This document shows, piece after piece, positions 9,667-22,516 of a stretch of DNA of 64,000 nt. The translations under genes were made by a program, and so were the position numbers. Each line of letters opens with the position of its first letter. Position 1 is the first letter of the stretch. This DNA is from an uncultured Alphaproteobacteria bacterium (GTDB lineage: Bacteria; Pseudomonadota; Alphaproteobacteria; HIMB59; GCA-002718135), in NCBI GenBank assembly GCA_902621855.1, contig CACNNQ010000005.1, positions 1,557-65,556 on the forward strand, in the 5' to 3' direction. The notes below the pieces were generated by a model. The model did no database searches, was not told the origin of the DNA, and saw only the letters and a list, made by a program, of their open reading frames with translations.

Positions 9667-11460
9667 GTGACTGTTTCATATAAAATTATTGATCACCATT
9701 ATGATGTTGTAGTCGTTGGAGCTGGTGGCTCCGGTCTCAGAGCTACACTTGGCTGTGCAGAAGCTGGACTCAAAACTGCTTGTATTTCAAAAGTATTTCC
9801 TACAAGAAGTCATACTGTTGCGGCACAAGGGGGAATTGGCGCAGCTTTAGGTAACATGGGTGAGGATAATTGGAAATGGCATATGTATGATACCGTCAAA
9901 GGATCAGATTGGTTGGGAGATCAAGATGCAATAGAATATCTATGTTCTAAGGCTCCAGAGGCAGTGATTGAACTAGAAGAATATGGAATGCCTTTTAGTA
10001 GGACTGATGATGGAAAAATTTATCAAAGACCATTTGGTGGACACTTAACAAATAATGGTGAGGGAGCTCCAGCGATGAGAGCGTGCGCAGCAGCTGACAG
10101 GACAGGTCATGCATTACTTCATACACTTTATCAACAATCTCTAAAAAATAATGTTGAATTTTTTATAGAATATTTTGTTTTAGATCTAATCTCTGACGAT
10201 CAAGGAAACTGTATCGGTGTTGTAACATGGTGTTTAGAGGATGGTTCAATTCATCGTTTTATGTCACATCAAACAATACTTGCTACTGGCGGATATGGAA
10301 GAGCCTACTTTTCTTCTACTAGTGCACATATTTGTACTGGAGATGGAAGTGCTATGGCCTTGAGACAAGATCTTCCTCTTTCAGATATGGAGTTTATTCA
10401 GTTTCATCCTACTGGTGTATACGGAGCCGGAGTTTTAATCACAGAAGGTGCCAGAGGTGAGGGAGGATATTTAACAAATAGTGATGGCGAAAGATTCATG
10501 GAAAGATATGCTCCAAATGCAAAAGATCTAGCTTCAAGAGATGTAGTAAGTCGTGCAATGACTATCGAAATTAGTGAAAATAGAGGTTGTGGAGACAATG
10601 CTGATCACGTCTTACTACACCTTGAACATATTGACTCGGATACGTTACATAAAAGATTACCTGGTATTTCAGAAACTGCAAAAATTTTTGCAGGAGTTGA
10701 TTTAACAAAAGATCCAATACCAGTTCTTCCTACAGTACATTACAATATGGGAGGTATACCAACTAATTATCGAACAGAGGTTTTAAGGCCAACAAGTGAT
10801 AATCCCGATAATGTTTGTGAAGGATTAATGGCCGTAGGAGAAGCAGCATGTGTCTCTGTGCATGGTGCAAATAGATTGGGAACCAATTCATTAATTGATC
10901 TAGTTGTTTTCGGAAAAGCTGCCAGTCTTACTTGTAAAGAAAAAGTAAAACCTAATTCTAAAAAAATTGAAATTAGTAATTCTAAAACTGATAATATTAT
11001 TCAACGATTTGACAAAATAAGACATAGTAAAGGAAGCTCTACAACTGGAGAACTAAGAACCTCTATGCAACACATTATGCAGCAAAAGTGTGCTGTGTTC
11101 AGAACTCACGACCTTATATCCAAAGGTATTGAAGAATATTCACAAGTAGAAACTTCTATGGATGAGATTAATATTAAAGATAAATCACTAATCTTTAATA
11201 CAGACTTAGTCGAAGCCTTAGAATTACACAATTTAATGGCACAGTCAAAAGTTACTCTTTATTCAGCATTAAATCGAACTGAAAGCAGGGGCGCACACGC
11301 GAGAGAAGATTATAAAGATAGAGATGATGTTAATTGGCTTGCACATTCTCTAGCATGGTTAAATGAAGATGGAGATGTAAGAATGGGTTCTAGGTCGGTA
11401 CATATGAACACCCTAACTAATCATGTGCAACCAATACCACCAAAAAAACGAGTATATTAA
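9667..11460 (+). CDS. sdhA: succinate dehydrogenase flavoprotein subunit
   Basis: 597 aa with a GTG start. FAD fold [21 protein letters not shown] with the covalent-FAD histidine context, and a C-terminal RGAHAREDY segment. Confidence 0.97.
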   Translation: MTVSYKIIDHHYDVVVVGAGGSGLRATLGCAEAGLKTACISKVFPTRSHTVAAQGGIGAALGNMGEDNWKWHMYDTVKGSDWLGDQDAIEYLCSKAPEAVIELEEYGMPFSRTDDGKIYQRPFGGHLTNNGEGAPAMRACAAADRTGHALLHTLYQQSLKNNVEFFIEYFVLDLISDDQGNCIGVVTWCLEDGSIHRFMSHQTILATGGYGRAYFSSTSAHICTGDGSAMALRQDLPLSDMEFIQFHPTGVYGAGVLITEGARGEGGYLTNSDGERFMERYAPNAKDLASRDVVSRAMTIEISENRGCGDNADHVLLHLEHIDSDTLHKRLPGISETAKIFAGVDLTKDPIPVLPTVHYNMGGIPTNYRTEVLRPTSDNPDNVCEGLMAVGEAACVSVHGANRLGTNSLIDLVVFGKAASLTCKEKVKPNSKKIEISNSKTDNIIQRFDKIRHSKGSSTTGELRTSMQHIMQQKCAVFRTHDLISKGIEEYSQVETSMDEINIKDKSLIFNTDLVEALELHNLMAQSKVTLYSALNRTESRGAHAREDYKDRDDVNWLAHSLAWLNEDGDVRMGSRSVHMNTLTNHVQPIPPKKRVY

Positions 11461-12254
11461 TGGTCGAATTTTCTTTGCCAAAAAATTCAAAAGTTACAAA
11501 TGGAATTAAACACAAACCAAAAGAACCGTCTAAATCACCAAAAAATTTAGTCATTTATAGATGGGATCCAGAAGACAACAAAAACCCTAGATTAGATACC
11601 TATGAAATTGATCAATCAAAATGTGGGCCGATGGTTTTAGATGCATTAATGAAAATTAAAAATGAAATTGACCCCTCTTTAACTTTTAGAAGATCATGCA
11701 GAGAAGGTGTTTGTGGTTCATGTGCAATGAACATTGATGGTGTAAATACATTAGCTTGTTTAAAAAGTATGTCAGATGTAAAAAAAGACATAAAGATATA
11801 TCCTCTACCTCATATGCGTGTTGTAAAGGATTTAGTGCCAGATTTAAGTAAGGCTTATGAGCAACTTGCATCCATAAAGCCTTGGCTTGAGCGCTCAAAA
11901 TCTGAAACTAAGAAAAAAGAAGATAAGATTGAAGAAAATAAACAGACACCTAAAGATAGAGAAAAACTTGATGGAAAATGGGAATGTGTCCTATGTTTTT
12001 GTTGTACAACATCTTGCCCAAGTTATTGGTGGAATGGAGATGAATATTTAGGTCCTGCAGTTTTATTACAGGCTGCCAGATGGGTAAATGATTCTAGAGA
12101 CTCTGAGAGAAAGAAAAGGCTAACGGCTATTAATGATTCATTAAAACTTTATAGATGCCACTCCATTATGAATTGCACGCGTTCATGTCCTAAAGGTTTA
12201 AACCCAGCTAAAGAAATAGCAGGTTTAAAAAAGGCTATTGTTACAGAATTATAA
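11460..12254 (+). CDS. sdhB: succinate dehydrogenase iron-sulfur subunit
   Basis: 264 aa with three Cys clusters: [27 protein letters not shown] and [12 protein letters not shown]. It overlaps sdhA by 1 nt. Confidence 0.97.
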   Translation: MVEFSLPKNSKVTNGIKHKPKEPSKSPKNLVIYRWDPEDNKNPRLDTYEIDQSKCGPMVLDALMKIKNEIDPSLTFRRSCREGVCGSCAMNIDGVNTLACLKSMSDVKKDIKIYPLPHMRVVKDLVPDLSKAYEQLASIKPWLERSKSETKKKEDKIEENKQTPKDREKLDGKWECVLCFCCTTSCPSYWWNGDEYLGPAVLLQAARWVNDSRDSERKKRLTAINDSLKLYRCHSIMNCTRSCPKGLNPAKEIAGLKKAIVTEL

Positions 12255-13238
<984 letters not shown>

Positions 13239-13279
13239 TTGTATTTTTCATCTAATCTAACTATTACCCTTCTATCAAA

Positions 13280-14464
13280 ATGAATTTACATGAATATCAA
13301 GCTAAAGATCTGCTTAAAAAGTATAACCTACCTTTACTGGATGGTAAAAGTTTCATAGAAAATGTTGACGACTTACAAAAAGAATTACAAAATATAAAAG
13401 GACCACCTTGGGTTATTAAATCACAGATACATGCTGGGGGAAGAGGAGCAGGTAAATTCTTAAAACCATTTAATACAAAAGGAGGAGTACAAATAACAGA
13501 ATCAATAGATGATGCACAAAAAATTGCAAAAGGAATGATGGGTAATATATTGATTACAAAGCAAACAGGTAATGAAGGAAAGTTAGTAAACAGGATCTAC
13601 ATAGAAGCTGGATGTGAAATTGATAGGGAATATTATTTAAGTATTCTTCTTGATAGAAATCAATCAAAATTAATGATGATGGTATCTGATGCTGGTGGTG
13701 TAGATATAGAAGATGTAGCTGAAAAAACACCAGAAAGAATTCAATATATTTATTTTGATAACTTAGAAGATTTTACTATTAGTAATAGTCTTCAAAATAA
13801 ATTAAACTTTTCTATTAATGAGTTTAACCAATTTAAAGAAATTGTTTCAAATTTATGTAAGGCCTATGTCGAAATAGATGCTTCTTTAATTGAAATTAAT
13901 CCTCTTGTTGTAACAAAAGATGAAAAACTAATTCTTTTAGATGCTAAAATTAATATTGATGATAATGCTCTTTATAGACAGGGTGACATTGAAAAATTAA
14001 AAGATACTTCAGAAGAAAATGATTTAGAACTTGAAGCTTCAGAAAACGATATGGTTTACATTAAACTAGATGGAAAAATAGGGTGTATGGTTAACGGAGC
14101 TGGGCTAGCTATGGCAACTATGGATATTATTAAACAATTTGGAATGGAACCAGCCAATTTTTTAGATTTAGGCGGTACAGCAAATAAAGAAAGAGCTATT
14201 AAAGCTTTCAAGATTATTCAATCAGATAAAAACGTAAAATCAGTCTTTATAAATATTTTTGGAGGAATTATCCATTGTGACATGATTGCTAATGGAATCA
14301 TTGATGCAATTAAAGAATTAGAATTTAAACTTCCTGTTGTTGTACGTTTTCAAGGAACAAATTCCAAAGAAGGAAGAGACATTATAAATAATTCATCATT
14401 AGGATTAATTTCAATTGATGATTTTTCAAATGCAGCACAAAAAGCTGTAGAGCTATCAGAATAA
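13280..14464 (+). CDS. sucC: succinyl-CoA synthetase beta subunit
   Basis: 394 aa with the N-terminus [12 protein letters not shown], an ATP-grasp region, and NIFGGI near the C-terminus. Confidence 0.97.
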   Translation: MNLHEYQAKDLLKKYNLPLLDGKSFIENVDDLQKELQNIKGPPWVIKSQIHAGGRGAGKFLKPFNTKGGVQITESIDDAQKIAKGMMGNILITKQTGNEGKLVNRIYIEAGCEIDREYYLSILLDRNQSKLMMMVSDAGGVDIEDVAEKTPERIQYIYFDNLEDFTISNSLQNKLNFSINEFNQFKEIVSNLCKAYVEIDASLIEINPLVVTKDEKLILLDAKINIDDNALYRQGDIEKLKDTSEENDLELEASENDMVYIKLDGKIGCMVNGAGLAMATMDIIKQFGMEPANFLDLGGTANKERAIKAFKIIQSDKNVKSVFINIFGGIIHCDMIANGIIDAIKELEFKLPVVVRFQGTNSKEGRDIINNSSLGLISIDDFSNAAQKAVELSE

Positions 14465-15348
14465 TGTCAATTTTAGTTAATAAGAATACAAGACTTATTT
14501 GCCAAGGCTTTACCGGTTCACAAGGAACATATCATTCTGAACAAGCTATAGCATATGGTACAAACCTTGTTGGTGGTGTCACGCCTGGAAAAGGAGGACA
14601 GACTCATTTAAATTTACCAGTATTTAATACAGTTGCTGATGCAGTTAAACAAACTGAAGCAAATGCAACAGTTATTTATGTACCTGCAAAGTTTGCAGCT
14701 AAAGCAATTCATGAGGCTTTAGATGCAAATATTGAATTAATTGTTTGTATTACAGAAGGTATTCCAGTTTTAGATATGATTGATATAAAAAAAAGAATTG
14801 TTAAAAATAAAACATATTTGATTGGACCAAACTGTCCAGGGTTAATCACACCTTCCGAATGCAAGATTGGAATCATGCCTGGCTTCATCCATAAAAAAGG
14901 CAAAATAGGAATAGTAAGCAGATCAGGAACATTAACTTATGAAGCTGTTGCACAGACAACAGAGGTAGGATTAGGTCAATCAACCTGTGTTGGTATTGGT
15001 GGAGATCCAATACATGGAATGGATTTTATAGATTGTATAAAGTTATTTTTAGAAGACGATGAGACTGAGGGAATTTTAATGATAGGTGAAATTGGTGGTG
15101 AGGAAGAAGAAAATGCAGCAGAATTTATTGTAAATTCAAAAAGAAAAAAACCAGTTTCAGCATTTATAGCTGGACAATCGGCACCAAAAGGAAAACGTAT
15201 GGGTCATGCTGGTGCTATCGTTTCAGGCTCAAAAGGCACAGCATATTCCAAAATTAAATTTTTAGAAAAGGCTGGAGTTTTAGTATCAAAATCTCCAGCA
15301 TCATTGGGAAAAACTATGAAATTAGCAATGCAAAATGGGAATAATTAG
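14464..15348 (+). CDS. sucD: succinyl-CoA synthetase alpha subunit
   Basis: 294 aa with SRSGTLTYE and the phosphohistidine segment GHAGAIVSG. It overlaps sucC by 1 nt. Confidence 0.97.
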   Translation: MSILVNKNTRLICQGFTGSQGTYHSEQAIAYGTNLVGGVTPGKGGQTHLNLPVFNTVADAVKQTEANATVIYVPAKFAAKAIHEALDANIELIVCITEGIPVLDMIDIKKRIVKNKTYLIGPNCPGLITPSECKIGIMPGFIHKKGKIGIVSRSGTLTYEAVAQTTEVGLGQSTCVGIGGDPIHGMDFIDCIKLFLEDDETEGILMIGEIGGEEEENAAEFIVNSKRKKPVSAFIAGQSAPKGKRMGHAGAIVSGSKGTAYSKIKFLEKAGVLVSKSPASLGKTMKLAMQNGNN

Positions 15349-15398
15349 TTTCCATTAGTATGATTGTTATGGGAATGATTTTAGTTTAATAAAAATCT

Positions 15399-18302
15399 AT
15401 GAATGATACTTTCTTAAATAGTGCTAATGCGCCATATGTGGCCGAACTGTATTCTAAATTTAGAAATGACCCTGAAAGTGTGGACACAACTTGGAAAGAT
15501 TTTTTTAATAATTTAAATGAAGATGACTACTCAGTTCTTAAAGATTTTGGAGGACCAGAATGGAAAGAACGTCCATCAAGTATAATAGATAAAAATTACA
15601 TAACTAAGATTGTAAAATCAAATTCGAATTACAATTCTGAAGAATTTAGAATTTCAACTTTAGATTCAATTAGAGCATTAAGGTTAATTAGAGCTTTTAG
15701 AATTAATGGACATTTAATTGCAGATCTTGACCCCTTAGGAATATCTGAAAGAGAGTATCCCCAAGAATTAGATTATAGAAGTTATGGTTTTGATGAATCA
15801 GATTTAGAAAAAGAAATATTTATTGATGGAAGTTTGGGTTTAGAAAAGGGTAAACTAAGAAATATTATTAAAATATTAAAAGAAACATATTCTGCTTCAA
15901 TTGGTGTTGAATTTTTACATATACAACAAGCTGATCAAAAACAATGGGTGCAAGAAAGAATTGAAGAAGTAAGAAATAAAACAAATTTTACAAATGAAGG
16001 AAAAAAAGCAATCTATAAAAGATTAGTTGAATCAGAATTATTTGAACAGTTTTTAGATAAAAAGTTTTTAGGCACAAAGAGATACGGTATCGAAGGTGGT
16101 GAAGCGATGATACCTGGGATAGAGCAAATTGTTAAACAGGCATGTTTGTCTGGCATTGAAGATATTATTATTGGCACAGCTCATAGAGGTAGACTAACAC
16201 TTCTATCAAGTGTTTTAGAAATGCCTTACAAAAAAATATTATCAAAATTTCAAGGATCTTTAAACGATCCAAATGAGGTACTTGGTTCGGGTGATGTAAA
16301 ATATCATTTAGGGGTTTCTGCTGACCGTGAATTTGAAAAAAAGAAAATTCATTTATCGCTCACTTCTAACCCTTCCCATTTAGAAGCAGTTAACCCAGTT
16401 GTAGCAGGAAAAGTAAGAGCTAAACAAACTTTAGCTAAAGATAAAACAACAGATAAAGTTATAGGTTTATTAATTCATGGAGATGCAGCAATAGCTGGAC
16501 AAGGAGTAGTAGCGGAAACTTTTGCTATGTCACAATTAAGAGGGTTTAAAACAGGTGGTACAATTCACTTTGTAATAAATAATCAGATAGGTTTTACAAC
16601 GATGCCTCAATATGGACGATCAGCACCTTATTGTACTGAAATTGCAAAAATGGTTCAGGCACCAATATTTCATGTTAACGGTGATGATCCAGAAGCTGTT
16701 GTCCATGTTTGTAGACTTGCAACTGATTTTAGAAATAAATTCAAAGTCGATGTTGTTGTAGATATGTTTTGCTACAGAAGATCAGGACATAACGAAGCTG
16801 ATGAACCTTCTTTTACTCAGCCACTAATGTATAAGGCTATCAAAAAACAAATCACGACAAGAAAAAAATATGAAAAAAAATTAATTGAGAATAATACTCT
16901 TTTAGAAGAAGAATCTAGAGACATTGTAGATTCTTTTAAAAACTTTTTAGATAAAGAATTTGAATCAACTAAAAATTATAAACCAAATAAAGTGGATTGG
17001 TTAGAGGGAACTTGGACAGGTTTAACTACTGCAACATTTGATGCTAGAAAAGGCAAAACTTCTGTAAAAGAAAAAACATTAGTTAATGTAGCTAAAAAAA
17101 TTCATGAGATACCTGCAGATTTCAATGTCCATAAAAGAATAAAAAAAATTTATGGAGATAGATTAACAAGTGTAACTAAGGGAAAAGGTATCGATTGGGC
17201 CACCTCTGAAAGCTTAGCTTTGGCAACACTCTTAGATGAGGGATACGGTGTTCGTATATCTGGTCAAGATGTTGGAAGAGGCACATTTAGTCATAGACAC
17301 GGTGTTCTATATGATCAAGAAAATGAAAATCGCTTTGTTCCATTAAGACACTTTCAAAGTAAGCAAGGTTACTTTGAAATTGTAGATAGTTTTTTATCTG
17401 AATTTGGTGTTCTAGGTTTTGAATATGGATATTCACAAGTTGATCCAAAAACACTTGTTATTTGGGAAGCGCAGTTTGGTGATTTTGCAAATGGTGCTCA
17501 AATTATGATTGATCAATTTATCAGTTCTGGAGAAAGAAAATGGTTGAGAATGTCTGGTTTAACGATGCTGCTTCCTCACGGTCATGAGGGACAAGGCCCT
17601 GAGCATACAAGTGGAAGATTAGAAAGATTTTTACAGATGTGTGCAGAAGATAATATGCAAATTGTTAATTGCACTAGTCCTGCAAATTATTTTCATGTCT
17701 TGAGAAGACAGCTACATAGAAATTTTAGGAAACCTCTAATTATATTTACACCAAAATCTACACTTAGACACAAATCTAACATCTCAAATATTGAAGATTA
17801 TATTAATGGATCAACTTTTCATAGAATTCTAACTGATAAAATATCAGTAAAAGAAAAAAAGAAAAAGAAAAGAGTAATAATTTGTTCCGGCAAAATATAT
17901 TTTGAATTAGCAGATCATATTACTAAAAATAAAATAGACACTCTCTCCATAATTAGATTGGAGCAGATTTACCCATTTCCTTATGAAAACTTTAGAGATG
18001 AACTAAAACATTATACGGATGCTGAAATTATCTGGGTACAAGAGGAGCCAAAAAATATGGGTGCCTGGGGTTTTGCCAAAGGTAGATTAGAAAGTGTTAT
18101 TAAGGAAGCAAAAGTTAAACAAGAAAAAATATACTACGTTGGTAGAAGTCCTGCCGCCTCTCCTGCCGCTGGCTCTTTAGAAAGACACTTAAACAACCAA
18201 GAAACTATTCTAAAAATGGCAACTGAAGATTCAATTGGCAAAATTATCAAATCTTGGGCAGGTATTTCAACAAAATTAAAGACCAATCTGCCAATTGAAT
18301 AA
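15399..18302 (+). CDS. sucA: 2-oxoglutarate dehydrogenase E1 component
   Basis: 967 aa, with E1o-typical segments (HRGRLTLL, GDVKYHLG, LLPHGHEGQGPEH). Confidence 0.97.
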   Translation: MNDTFLNSANAPYVAELYSKFRNDPESVDTTWKDFFNNLNEDDYSVLKDFGGPEWKERPSSIIDKNYITKIVKSNSNYNSEEFRISTLDSIRALRLIRAFRINGHLIADLDPLGISEREYPQELDYRSYGFDESDLEKEIFIDGSLGLEKGKLRNIIKILKETYSASIGVEFLHIQQADQKQWVQERIEEVRNKTNFTNEGKKAIYKRLVESELFEQFLDKKFLGTKRYGIEGGEAMIPGIEQIVKQACLSGIEDIIIGTAHRGRLTLLSSVLEMPYKKILSKFQGSLNDPNEVLGSGDVKYHLGVSADREFEKKKIHLSLTSNPSHLEAVNPVVAGKVRAKQTLAKDKTTDKVIGLLIHGDAAIAGQGVVAETFAMSQLRGFKTGGTIHFVINNQIGFTTMPQYGRSAPYCTEIAKMVQAPIFHVNGDDPEAVVHVCRLATDFRNKFKVDVVVDMFCYRRSGHNEADEPSFTQPLMYKAIKKQITTRKKYEKKLIENNTLLEEESRDIVDSFKNFLDKEFESTKNYKPNKVDWLEGTWTGLTTATFDARKGKTSVKEKTLVNVAKKIHEIPADFNVHKRIKKIYGDRLTSVTKGKGIDWATSESLALATLLDEGYGVRISGQDVGRGTFSHRHGVLYDQENENRFVPLRHFQSKQGYFEIVDSFLSEFGVLGFEYGYSQVDPKTLVIWEAQFGDFANGAQIMIDQFISSGERKWLRMSGLTMLLPHGHEGQGPEHTSGRLERFLQMCAEDNMQIVNCTSPANYFHVLRRQLHRNFRKPLIIFTPKSTLRHKSNISNIEDYINGSTFHRILTDKISVKEKKKKKRVIICSGKIYFELADHITKNKIDTLSIIRLEQIYPFPYENFRDELKHYTDAEIIWVQEEPKNMGAWGFAKGRLESVIKEAKVKQEKIYYVGRSPAASPAAGSLERHLNNQETILKMATEDSIGKIIKSWAGISTKLKTNLPIE

Positions 18303-18333
18303 ATTGGAGTAAATGTTATTAAGCATTTAATTA

Positions 18334-19515
18334 ATGAGTACTGAATTAATAGTTCCAACACTTGGAGAGTCAATTACGGAAGCAACCGTTTCAAAATGGC
18401 TTAAGAACATAGGTGATAATTTTGAGGCAGATGAAGCTTTAGTTGAAATTGAAACCGACAAAATTACAGTTGAAGTACCAGCGCCTCATGCTGGATCTCT
18501 AAAAGAAATAAAAGTTTCTGAAGGAACTGATGTTGAAATTGGTGGTATTTTAGGAATCTTAGATGAATCAAAAGGCAAAAAACCAACTCCTAAAAAAACT
18601 GAAATTAAAGAAGAAAAAGTAAAAGAAGAAGTAAAAGAAGTTAAAGTTGAAACAAAATCTTCTCCTGCTAAATCTTCACCATCTGCAAGAAAAATTGCTG
18701 AGGAAAATAATATAAAACTAGAAGATGTCACTTCATTACGTTCTGATGGAAGAATTAATAAAGAAGATGTAGTTTCTCATCTCTCTTCTTCAAATAAAAC
18801 AACCACTAATAAAGGTGAAAGAGAAGAAGTTGTGAAAATGTCTAAAATTAGACAGACAATATCTAAACGTTTAAAGGAAGCTCAAAATACAGCAGCTATA
18901 CTTACAACTTTCAATGAAATTGATATGTCCAAAGTTATGGAAATTAGAAAATCAAAAAACCAAGAATTTCAAAGTCGGTATGAGGTCAAATTAGGTTTCA
19001 TGTCATTTTTTGTAAAAGCTGTAGTAAAAAGTTTGCAAGAGTATCCAGCTGTGAATGCTGAAATTAAAGATGAAAATATAATTTATAAAAACCATTTTGA
19101 TATAGGTATAGCTGTTGGAACTGAAAAAGGATTAGTCGTACCAATACTTAAAGACGCCGATCAATTGAGTTTTGGAGAAATAGAAACTAAAATCATTGAT
19201 CTCAGTACAAAAGCCAAAGATGGAACGCTGACCATGGACGATTTGACTGGGGGAACTTTTACAATTTCAAATGGTGGCGTTTACGGATCAATGCTCAGCA
19301 CACCTATTATCAATAGACCTCAATCTGGTATTTTAGGGATGCATAATATCCAAAAAAGGGCAGTAGTTGTAAATGATGAAATAGTAATTAGGCCAATGAT
19401 GTATGTTGCACTAAGCTATGATCACAGAATTATTGATGGAAAAGAAAGTGTTGGATTTTTAGTGAAGGTTAAAGAACTTCTAGAAGATCCATCGGAATTA
19501 GTATTAGGAATATAA
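18334..19515 (+). CDS. sucB: dihydrolipoyllysine succinyltransferase E2 component
   Basis: 393 aa with a lipoyl domain ([12 protein letters not shown]), a Lys/Glu/Pro-rich linker, and the catalytic DHRIIDG motif. Confidence 0.96.
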   Translation: MSTELIVPTLGESITEATVSKWLKNIGDNFEADEALVEIETDKITVEVPAPHAGSLKEIKVSEGTDVEIGGILGILDESKGKKPTPKKTEIKEEKVKEEVKEVKVETKSSPAKSSPSARKIAEENNIKLEDVTSLRSDGRINKEDVVSHLSSSNKTTTNKGEREEVVKMSKIRQTISKRLKEAQNTAAILTTFNEIDMSKVMEIRKSKNQEFQSRYEVKLGFMSFFVKAVVKSLQEYPAVNAEIKDENIIYKNHFDIGIAVGTEKGLVVPILKDADQLSFGEIETKIIDLSTKAKDGTLTMDDLTGGTFTISNGGVYGSMLSTPIINRPQSGILGMHNIQKRAVVVNDEIVIRPMMYVALSYDHRIIDGKESVGFLVKVKELLEDPSELVLGI

Positions 19516-19516
19516 A

Positions 19517-20914
19517 ATGGAAGATTTTGATTTAATAATAATTGGTTCTGGACCTGGTGGATATGTAGCTGCAATTAGAGCAGCTCAACTTGGAATGAAG
19601 GTTGCTTGTATAGAAAAAGAGCCATCACTTGGTGGAACTTGTTTGAACATTGGATGCATACCTTCTAAAGCATTATTAAATTCATCTGAAAAATTTGTTG
19701 AAATTTCAAATCATGCTGCAGAGCATGGTATAAAAACATCAAAGATAGATTTAGACCTAAATGTTTTGATGGATCGCAAAACTAAGATTGTAAAAAAACT
19801 TACAACAGGGATTGGTTTTTTATTTAAGAAAAATAAAATCACGCACATTCCTGGTACGGCTTCATTTGTAGATAAAAATACTATTTCTATTATAAATGAA
19901 AAAAATGAAATTACTGCTAGTGCTAAAAATTTTATTATCGCAACAGGTTCATCTTCGATTGAGATACCAAATATTCCTGTCGATGAAAAACAAATAGTAT
20001 CTTCAACAGGTGCTCTATCTCTATCTAAAATACCAAAATCACTCTTAGTTATTGGTGGTGGATACATTGGATTAGAAATGGGTTCAGTATGGAGTAGATT
20101 AGGTTCAAAGGTAACAGTTGTTGAAGCTCTGGACAGAATTGTTCCAACTATGGATGCTGAAATTGCAAAAGAGTTTATGAAAATGTTAACTAAACAAGGA
20201 TTAGAATTCAAACTATCACATAAAGTGAGTTCTGCAAAATCTGGTAAGTCTGGTGTAGATGTTGAAATGGAAACATCAGATAAAAAGAAAATAAAAGAAA
20301 ACTACGAAATAGTTTTAATGTCAGTAGGAAGAAAACCAAACACTGAGGGACTGGGTCTTGAAAAAATTGGAATTAAACTAACGGATAAAAAATCTATTGA
20401 AATTAAAGATAACTTTAAAACTTCTGTTGAGGGAATCTACGCCATTGGTGATGTAGTACCAGGTCCAATGCTAGCACACAAAGCTGAAGAAGAAGGAGTG
20501 GCTTGTGTTGAATTTATAAATGGTCAAAAACCTCATATAAACTATGACGCTATACCAGCGATTGTTTATACCAATCCAGAGATTGCATCTGTAGGTAAAA
20601 CAGAAGAACAGCTCAAGCAAGAAAAGAAAGACTTCAAGGTTGGAAAATTTCCTTTTATGGCAAATGGTCGTGCCCTAACCACTTCTGCATCAGAGGGATT
20701 TGTTAAAATTTTGGTTGATAAAAAAACAGATGAAATTTTAGGTGCTCATATAATCGGTCATGATGCTGGACAACTGATTGCAGAAATTGTTACTACAATC
20801 GAATTTGGTGGAAGTGCAGAAGATATTGCAAGGGTATGTCATGCTCATCCGACAACTAGTGAAGCAGTAAAAGAAGCAGCTTTAAGTGTTGATGGTAGAG
20901 CAATTCATATTTAA
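19517..20914 (+). CDS. lpdA: dihydrolipoyl dehydrogenase E3
   Basis: 465 aa with GSGPGGY, the redox disulfide GGTCLNIGCIPSK, and a C-terminal HAHPT segment. Confidence 0.97.
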   Translation: MEDFDLIIIGSGPGGYVAAIRAAQLGMKVACIEKEPSLGGTCLNIGCIPSKALLNSSEKFVEISNHAAEHGIKTSKIDLDLNVLMDRKTKIVKKLTTGIGFLFKKNKITHIPGTASFVDKNTISIINEKNEITASAKNFIIATGSSSIEIPNIPVDEKQIVSSTGALSLSKIPKSLLVIGGGYIGLEMGSVWSRLGSKVTVVEALDRIVPTMDAEIAKEFMKMLTKQGLEFKLSHKVSSAKSGKSGVDVEMETSDKKKIKENYEIVLMSVGRKPNTEGLGLEKIGIKLTDKKSIEIKDNFKTSVEGIYAIGDVVPGPMLAHKAEEEGVACVEFINGQKPHINYDAIPAIVYTNPEIASVGKTEEQLKQEKKDFKVGKFPFMANGRALTTSASEGFVKILVDKKTDEILGAHIIGHDAGQLIAEIVTTIEFGGSAEDIARVCHAHPTTSEAVKEAALSVDGRAIHI

Positions 20915-21114
20915 ATTTTAGCTAGATCCATTCTTTTTTTGTATTTTTTTGATGATTGTTTTACAACTGCTTGACCGCACCTCATAACTTTTCTTTTATG
21001 ATCAAAAGTCATTTTTGGTTCACCATGTAATTTCCATCCATTAGAGAGTGCCTCTGTTACTCTTTGGCAAAAATCAACAGTGTCATCATCTGTTATAAAT
21101 CTATAACCTTTCAT
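20911..21114 (-). CDS. DUF1737 domain protein
   Basis: 67 aa. YRFITDDD..FCQRVTEALSNGWKLHGEP..CGQAV resembles the DUF1737 pattern as I remember it. Its stop overlaps the lpdA stop. Confidence 0.65.
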   Translation of the reverse strand: MKGYRFITDDDTVDFCQRVTEALSNGWKLHGEPKMTFDHKRKVMRCGQAVVKQSSKKYKKRMDLAKI

Positions 21115-21126
21115 TTTACCTTCCTT

Positions 21127-21789
21127 TCATTTAATACTTAATAAATTTACTTCTATAATTTTAATTAAGTATTCAACAAGATCAGTTTGCATATCGACTG
21201 TGAATTTATTTTTATCTTTTGATCCCATGGCCAATATTATACTATCTTCACGAAATTTAACTTTTAATAAAATATATGATTTTATCGTTGCTGATTTATT
21301 AGGAAAAAATAAAAGTAAACCTTTAGGATTTTGATTTAAATTTGTAACTATTTTGTTTTTAAAATAACTATTTGCAATTTTAATATCTAGTTGTGATAAG
21401 TTTTCTGCTCTAATATTTTCATTTGTAACAAAACAATTCATTTCATCACAACCTAAAATTGTTTTAAGATCATTCTTAATTAAGTTTATTAATTTTTGTA
21501 TACTTTTTACATTTAGAATTCTAATTGTAGACTTAAGAATTCTTTTCTGGGCATTTAAATGACTTTTCCCTGCAAGTAGTACTTTTGTCATTTGATTTTG
21601 TAGATCTATATTTTGTTGAGATATTTTTCTATATCTATAGGCTTCTAAATCAACAACCTTATCTGAACTATTATCTAGGCTTGGAAAATTTAATTCATTA
21701 ACTAATTCTGAATTTTTAATAAAAAAATTTTTATTTTTTTTTAAAAAATTGATTATTTGTTTTTCATTAATTTCGTCTTCATGAGCCAT
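21127..21789 (-). CDS. DUF484 family protein
   Basis: The N-terminal FLKKNKNFFIKNSELVNELNFP segment matches the DUF484 pattern. The ATG at 21789 (MAHEDEINEK) avoids overlapping tal, whereas the longer track start at 21831 would run into tal. Confidence 0.65.
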   Translation of the reverse strand: MAHEDEINEKQIINFLKKNKNFFIKNSELVNELNFPSLDNSSDKVVDLEAYRYRKISQQNIDLQNQMTKVLLAGKSHLNAQKRILKSTIRILNVKSIQKLINLIKNDLKTILGCDEMNCFVTNENIRAENLSQLDIKIANSYFKNKIVTNLNQNPKGLLLFFPNKSATIKSYILLKVKFREDSIILAMGSKDKNKFTVDMQTDLVEYLIKIIEVNLLSIK

Positions 21790-21794
21790 GACGA

Positions 21795-22454
21795 TTATTT
21801 TGGCAAGATCTGCTGTCCTGTTTTTGCCCAATCATCGAGAAATGCTTTAAGTCCTTTATCTGTGAGAGGATGTTTATATAATTCATGAATAACTTTAGGT
21901 GGTAGAGTTGAAACATGGGCACCAATTACAGCTGCATCAATAATATGTTGAGTATTTCTTACCGAGGCAACTAATACCTCCGTATCAAATCCATAATTTT
22001 CATACATTATTACTATATCTGAAATCAGATCCATTCCTTTTTCACCTATATCATCGAGTCTTCCCACAAATGGTGAAATAAATGTTGCACCAACCTTAGC
22101 GGCTAGTAATGCCTGAGCAGCACTAAAGCATAATGTTACATTTACCATGATATCTTTTTTTCTAAGAGCTTTGCAAGTTTGAAGACCAGCAGGTGTAAGA
22201 GGAACTTTTACAGCAACATTCTTTGCTAATGATGCTAAGTATTCACCTTCTTCAAGCATTTTGTCATATTCCGTTGCTGTCACTTCTGCGCTTACTGGAC
22301 CAGATACTATGGAACAAATTGTTTTAATGGTTTCTCCCATATCATTACCACTTTTTGCAATAAGAGACGGGTTTGTCGTAACACCGTCTATTAATCCACT
22401 AGGCATTAACTCTTCAATCTGTGGTATATCGGCAGTGTCTATAAAAAATTTCAT
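21795..22454 (-). CDS. tal: transaldolase / fructose-6-phosphate aldolase family (short type)
   Basis: 219 aa with [16 protein letters not shown] and the Schiff-base lysine context VAVKVP. Confidence 0.92.
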   Translation of the reverse strand: MKFFIDTADIPQIEELMPSGLIDGVTTNPSLIAKSGNDMGETIKTICSIVSGPVSAEVTATEYDKMLEEGEYLASLAKNVAVKVPLTPAGLQTCKALRKKDIMVNVTLCFSAAQALLAAKVGATFISPFVGRLDDIGEKGMDLISDIVIMYENYGFDTEVLVASVRNTQHIIDAAVIGAHVSTLPPKVIHELYKHPLTDKGLKAFLDDWAKTGQQILPK

Positions 22455-22516
22455 TGTTTATTGTATACCATATACAAGTTATTTAGAAAGTTAACATATA
22501 AAAATACATAAATATA

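Noticed and set aside
19711-20211. 166-aa minus-strand ORF, and about thirty similar 60-140-aa ORFs nested antisense or out of frame inside strong genes (examples: 22756-23178, 1627-1869, 10404-10598, 24647-24943, 29058-29381, 43375-43641)
   Set aside because: All are fully embedded in high-confidence conserved genes on the other strand or frame. They are the expected by-product of AT-rich sequence with few stops in some frames. No motifs were recognised.
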